Positions 62,171 to 64,000 of a stretch of DNA of 64,000 bases are shown in pieces. The stretch's first letter is position 1. Each line of letters starts with the position of its first letter. Below the pieces are notes generated by a model that did not search any database, was not told the origin of the DNA, and saw only the letters and a list, made by a program, of their open reading frames with translations. The position numbers were made by a program, and so were the translations under genes. Source of the stretch: a virus (lineage: Duplodnaviria > Caudoviricetes); IMG/VR virus record IMGVR_UViG_3300048623_000062, positions 1 through 64,000 of that record. One strand, given 5' to 3'.

Positions 62171-63285
62171 GCGCCTTCACTCGTCTTGGATGCTCCATCT
62201 GGGACTGGGAGGTGTTCACCGAACTCACGATGCTGGGGCGCAACTTGTGGCTCGGGCTCTACACGTCGTCGGAGGCCAAGCGCCACGTCCCCGGACTGTG
62301 GCAAGGCGGCATTGCGACGATGGCGGACGCCGCGCGGATGCGCCCTGATGAAGCACGCGACGCGCTCGAGGAACTCTTGACTCGCGAGGTCGTCGAGTAC
62401 GACCCCAAGACGCGTGTCCTCCGGCTCTGCGAGCTTCCGGATGCCGGTGAGTACCCGAGCAACGGCAAGGTGATCCTGAACTGGTGGACGAAGTTCAGAA
62501 CGGTGCCCGACTGCCCGGTGCGGAACGCGCACGTGCGAACGATCGCGTGGCTCCTGACCGAAGGAGCGAAGAGGTCAGGCAAGGAAGCCGCCTCACCTCA
62601 CCATGCTGAGGCGTGGTCAACCACGTTCGGGCTGATCAAGGTTCCGGCGAATCGGCGTCGTGGTCTGCGAAGTCTGTCGGATAACTCCGACACCGGAACA
62701 CCTTCGCAGCCGTCTCTGTTCGGGATCCTCGCTGCCCCTTCCGGAGCCTCCGGGTCCGATTCAGAGTCTGAGTCGAGTTATCCACAGGATGTGAACAGTT
62801 CTGTGGATAACTCTGCCGTTCTGCGTCAATCGAATAAAATCAGGGGTCCGGAAACGGTATCCGATACGGTATCCGATACCGTATCCGATACCAACAGGAT
62901 CCCGGATCCCGGATCCCGGATCCCGGATCTTCTTTCTTTCTCTGGAGAACGGACTAGCAAGCGATCGGTCCTGACGCTGGTCCCAACCACGCTGCCGTAC
63001 AGCGCAAGCGACGTGCTCCGCGAAGTCGCCAAGGCTGGAGCATGGGACCCATCGCTCGATTTGGCCTATCAGGCTGCCCTGGGAGCGATGATTCAGACCT
63101 GGTCGGCGGCAGGGATACCCCTGGACGATTTTCGCGTCCTGGGCGAGTACAGCGCGCATTCCAGGGTCACCCGAGATGCGAGGTGGCTGGTGGGTTGCGA
63201 TCTACCCAAGGAAATCTCGCAAGCGCGCCGCACGCTGGAATGGCGTGACGCGCAGGTGGCGATGATGCGAGAGTCCAGTTCATGA
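62167..63285 (+). CDS. Phage replication initiator-like protein (N-terminal wHTH, low-complexity linker containing origin)
   Basis: RLGCSIW...NLWLGLYT...PGLW...ALEELL.REVVEYD; internal iterons and DnaA boxes. Confidence 0.75.
   Translation: MSAFTRLGCSIWDWEVFTELTMLGRNLWLGLYTSSEAKRHVPGLWQGGIATMADAARMRPDEARDALEELLTREVVEYDPKTRVLRLCELPDAGEYPSNGKVILNWWTKFRTVPDCPVRNAHVRTIAWLLTEGAKRSGKEAASPHHAEAWSTTFGLIKVPANRRRGLRSLSDNSDTGTPSQPSLFGILAAPSGASGSDSESESSYPQDVNSSVDNSAVLRQSNKIRGPETVSDTVSDTVSDTNRIPDPGSRIPDLLSFSGERTSKRSVLTLVPTTLPYSASDVLREVAKAGAWDPSLDLAYQAALGAMIQTWSAAGIPLDDFRVLGEYSAHSRVTRDARWLVGCDLPKEISQARRTLEWRDAQVAMMRESSS
62775..62929. promoter_or_regulatory. Putative replication origin within rep gene
   Basis: TTATCCACA 62778-62786 and inverted 62802-62810; AT-rich 62828-62840; 12-bp (G/C)GTATCCGATAC x3 62856-62891; GGATCCC x4-5 62897-62929. 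Confidence 0.75.
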
Positions 63286-63300
63286 ATTTGAGACGCGAGG

Positions 63301-63414
63301 TTGAGTGCCAAGGAGTTGGGACGATGCCGCGATGCTATCGCGGCGCAGGAGGACCGCATCGCCCGTCAGGACGGCGACATCCGCGAACTTCGTCGACTGC
63401 GAGGACTCGCATGA
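63301..63414 (+). CDS. Small coiled-coil protein
   Basis: TTG start after GAGG; SAKELGRCRDAIAAQEDRIARQDGDIRELRRL. Confidence 0.4.
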   Translation: MSAKELGRCRDAIAAQEDRIARQDGDIRELRRLRGLA

Positions 63415-63593
63415 CTCGTCGTTCCATCAACGCCCATCGGATCGTGATCTATCAGGCCGGTGGCCAGTGGTCGGCAGCCTGCAGGTGCGCGCTGATGCTT
63501 GTCGTCGTCGGAAACAAGCGCGCCGACGTCGAGCGCGAGTACAAACAGCACGTCAAGCGCTCGGAACGAGCGTCCAATAGGAGCAAGCAGTGA
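63411..63593 (+). CDS. Small Zn-binding hypothetical protein
   Basis: GAGGA RBS; H...CRC...HV. Confidence 0.5.
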   Translation: MTRRSINAHRIVIYQAGGQWSAACRCALMLVVVGNKRADVEREYKQHVKRSERASNRSKQ

Positions 63594-63880
63594 GTCTCGA
63601 GTACGCCATCCGCGAACTCGCCAAGCGCCACAACCGCGACGTCGCGGTGCTACTCGAGGTCTGGAACGAGCGTGCCGCGATCCGCGAGTACCTCTCGCGG
63701 ACGGGCCGGCCTATGGCCGAGCTTGAGGCGCTCCACGAGGTGGAGGCGATGTACAAGATCGGCCAGCACGCGCCGAGACCACAGCAGCCAGCGGCTCCTG
63801 ATGCTGGACTAGGGCCCTCCTCGACACCGCGGCGCCGCGCGGTCCGCAAGCCGCACCCGGGTGACAGCCGTGCTGGATGA
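63590..63880 (+). CDS. Hypothetical protein
   Basis: GTGA coupling; WNERAAIREY...AELEA. Confidence 0.55.
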   Translation: MSLEYAIRELAKRHNRDVAVLLEVWNERAAIREYLSRTGRPMAELEALHEVEAMYKIGQHAPRPQQPAAPDAGLGPSSTPRRRAVRKPHPGDSRAG

Positions 63881-64000
63881 CCTGATCGCCATGTTCGTGT
63901 CGGCGTGGATCCTCGTGTGGACCGCGCTCTACGAGCCGAACCGCGGAGGGTGCCCCGCTGGCTGGCATCACGAGGGGATTCGCGAGACCGGCCGCTACGA
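63870..64000 (+). CDS. Partial membrane/secreted protein running off right edge
   Basis: GTG start; hydrophobic N-terminus. Confidence 0.35.
   Translation, partial: MLDDLIAMFVSAWILVWTALYEPNRGGCPAGWHHEGIRETGRY

Larger units (their letters stand above)
1..64000. mobile_element. Segment of a large temperate virus/prophage genome, probably tailless and membrane-containing
   Basis: Dense co-oriented small ORFs with overlapping start/stop codons, no housekeeping genes; endolysin, recombinase, ParB, Rep and phage-type MTase present; capsid-like pair with membrane proteins; no terminase/portal/tail recognised. Confidence 0.9.

Overview
The whole 64 kb window looks like part of one large, GC-rich, probably temperate bacterial virus genome. 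Both ends are open. It has dense operon-like genes in four strand blocks: minus 1-39.6 kb, plus 39.9-57.0 kb, minus 57.1-60.7 kb and plus 60.8-64 kb. I recognise no terminase, portal, HK97-fold capsid or tail genes. Instead, 16.8-38.8 kb holds a morphogenesis module typical of tailless, inner-membrane icosahedral viruses. It contains a tandem pair of ~190-210 aa beta-rich putative single jelly-roll capsid proteins, an extremely Arg-rich core-like protein, and more than a dozen small membrane-anchored proteins. It also contains Gly/Ser/Thr-rich fibre proteins, a membrane-anchored M23 peptidase and a transglutaminase-like Cys protease. A second structural block at 53.2-57.0 kb has a J-domain protein, a capsid-protein paralog and a membrane-anchored lytic transglycosylase. 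Other modules are a glycosylation cluster (GT4, GT2, RmlB-like, methyltransferase, NTP-transferase), a dual-frame C5 DNA methyltransferase broken at a G7 run, ParB, a tyrosine recombinase, a kinase and a phosphatase, a GH25 endolysin, and a Rep protein with an internal origin (two DnaA boxes plus iterons). The most notable unexplained signals are: (i) a shared M-x-Y...[LMVI]G[DA] leader on many virion proteins, a possible maturation-protease system; (ii) the palindrome TTGCCASTGGCAA dispersed roughly every 5 kb, with one copy upstream of parB; (iii) two families of covarying hairpin elements separating early-gene cassettes; and (iv) an orphan RiPP-like precursor peptide. A Myxococcota-like host and the fold assignments are inferences from motif recognition only. 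No searches were run.
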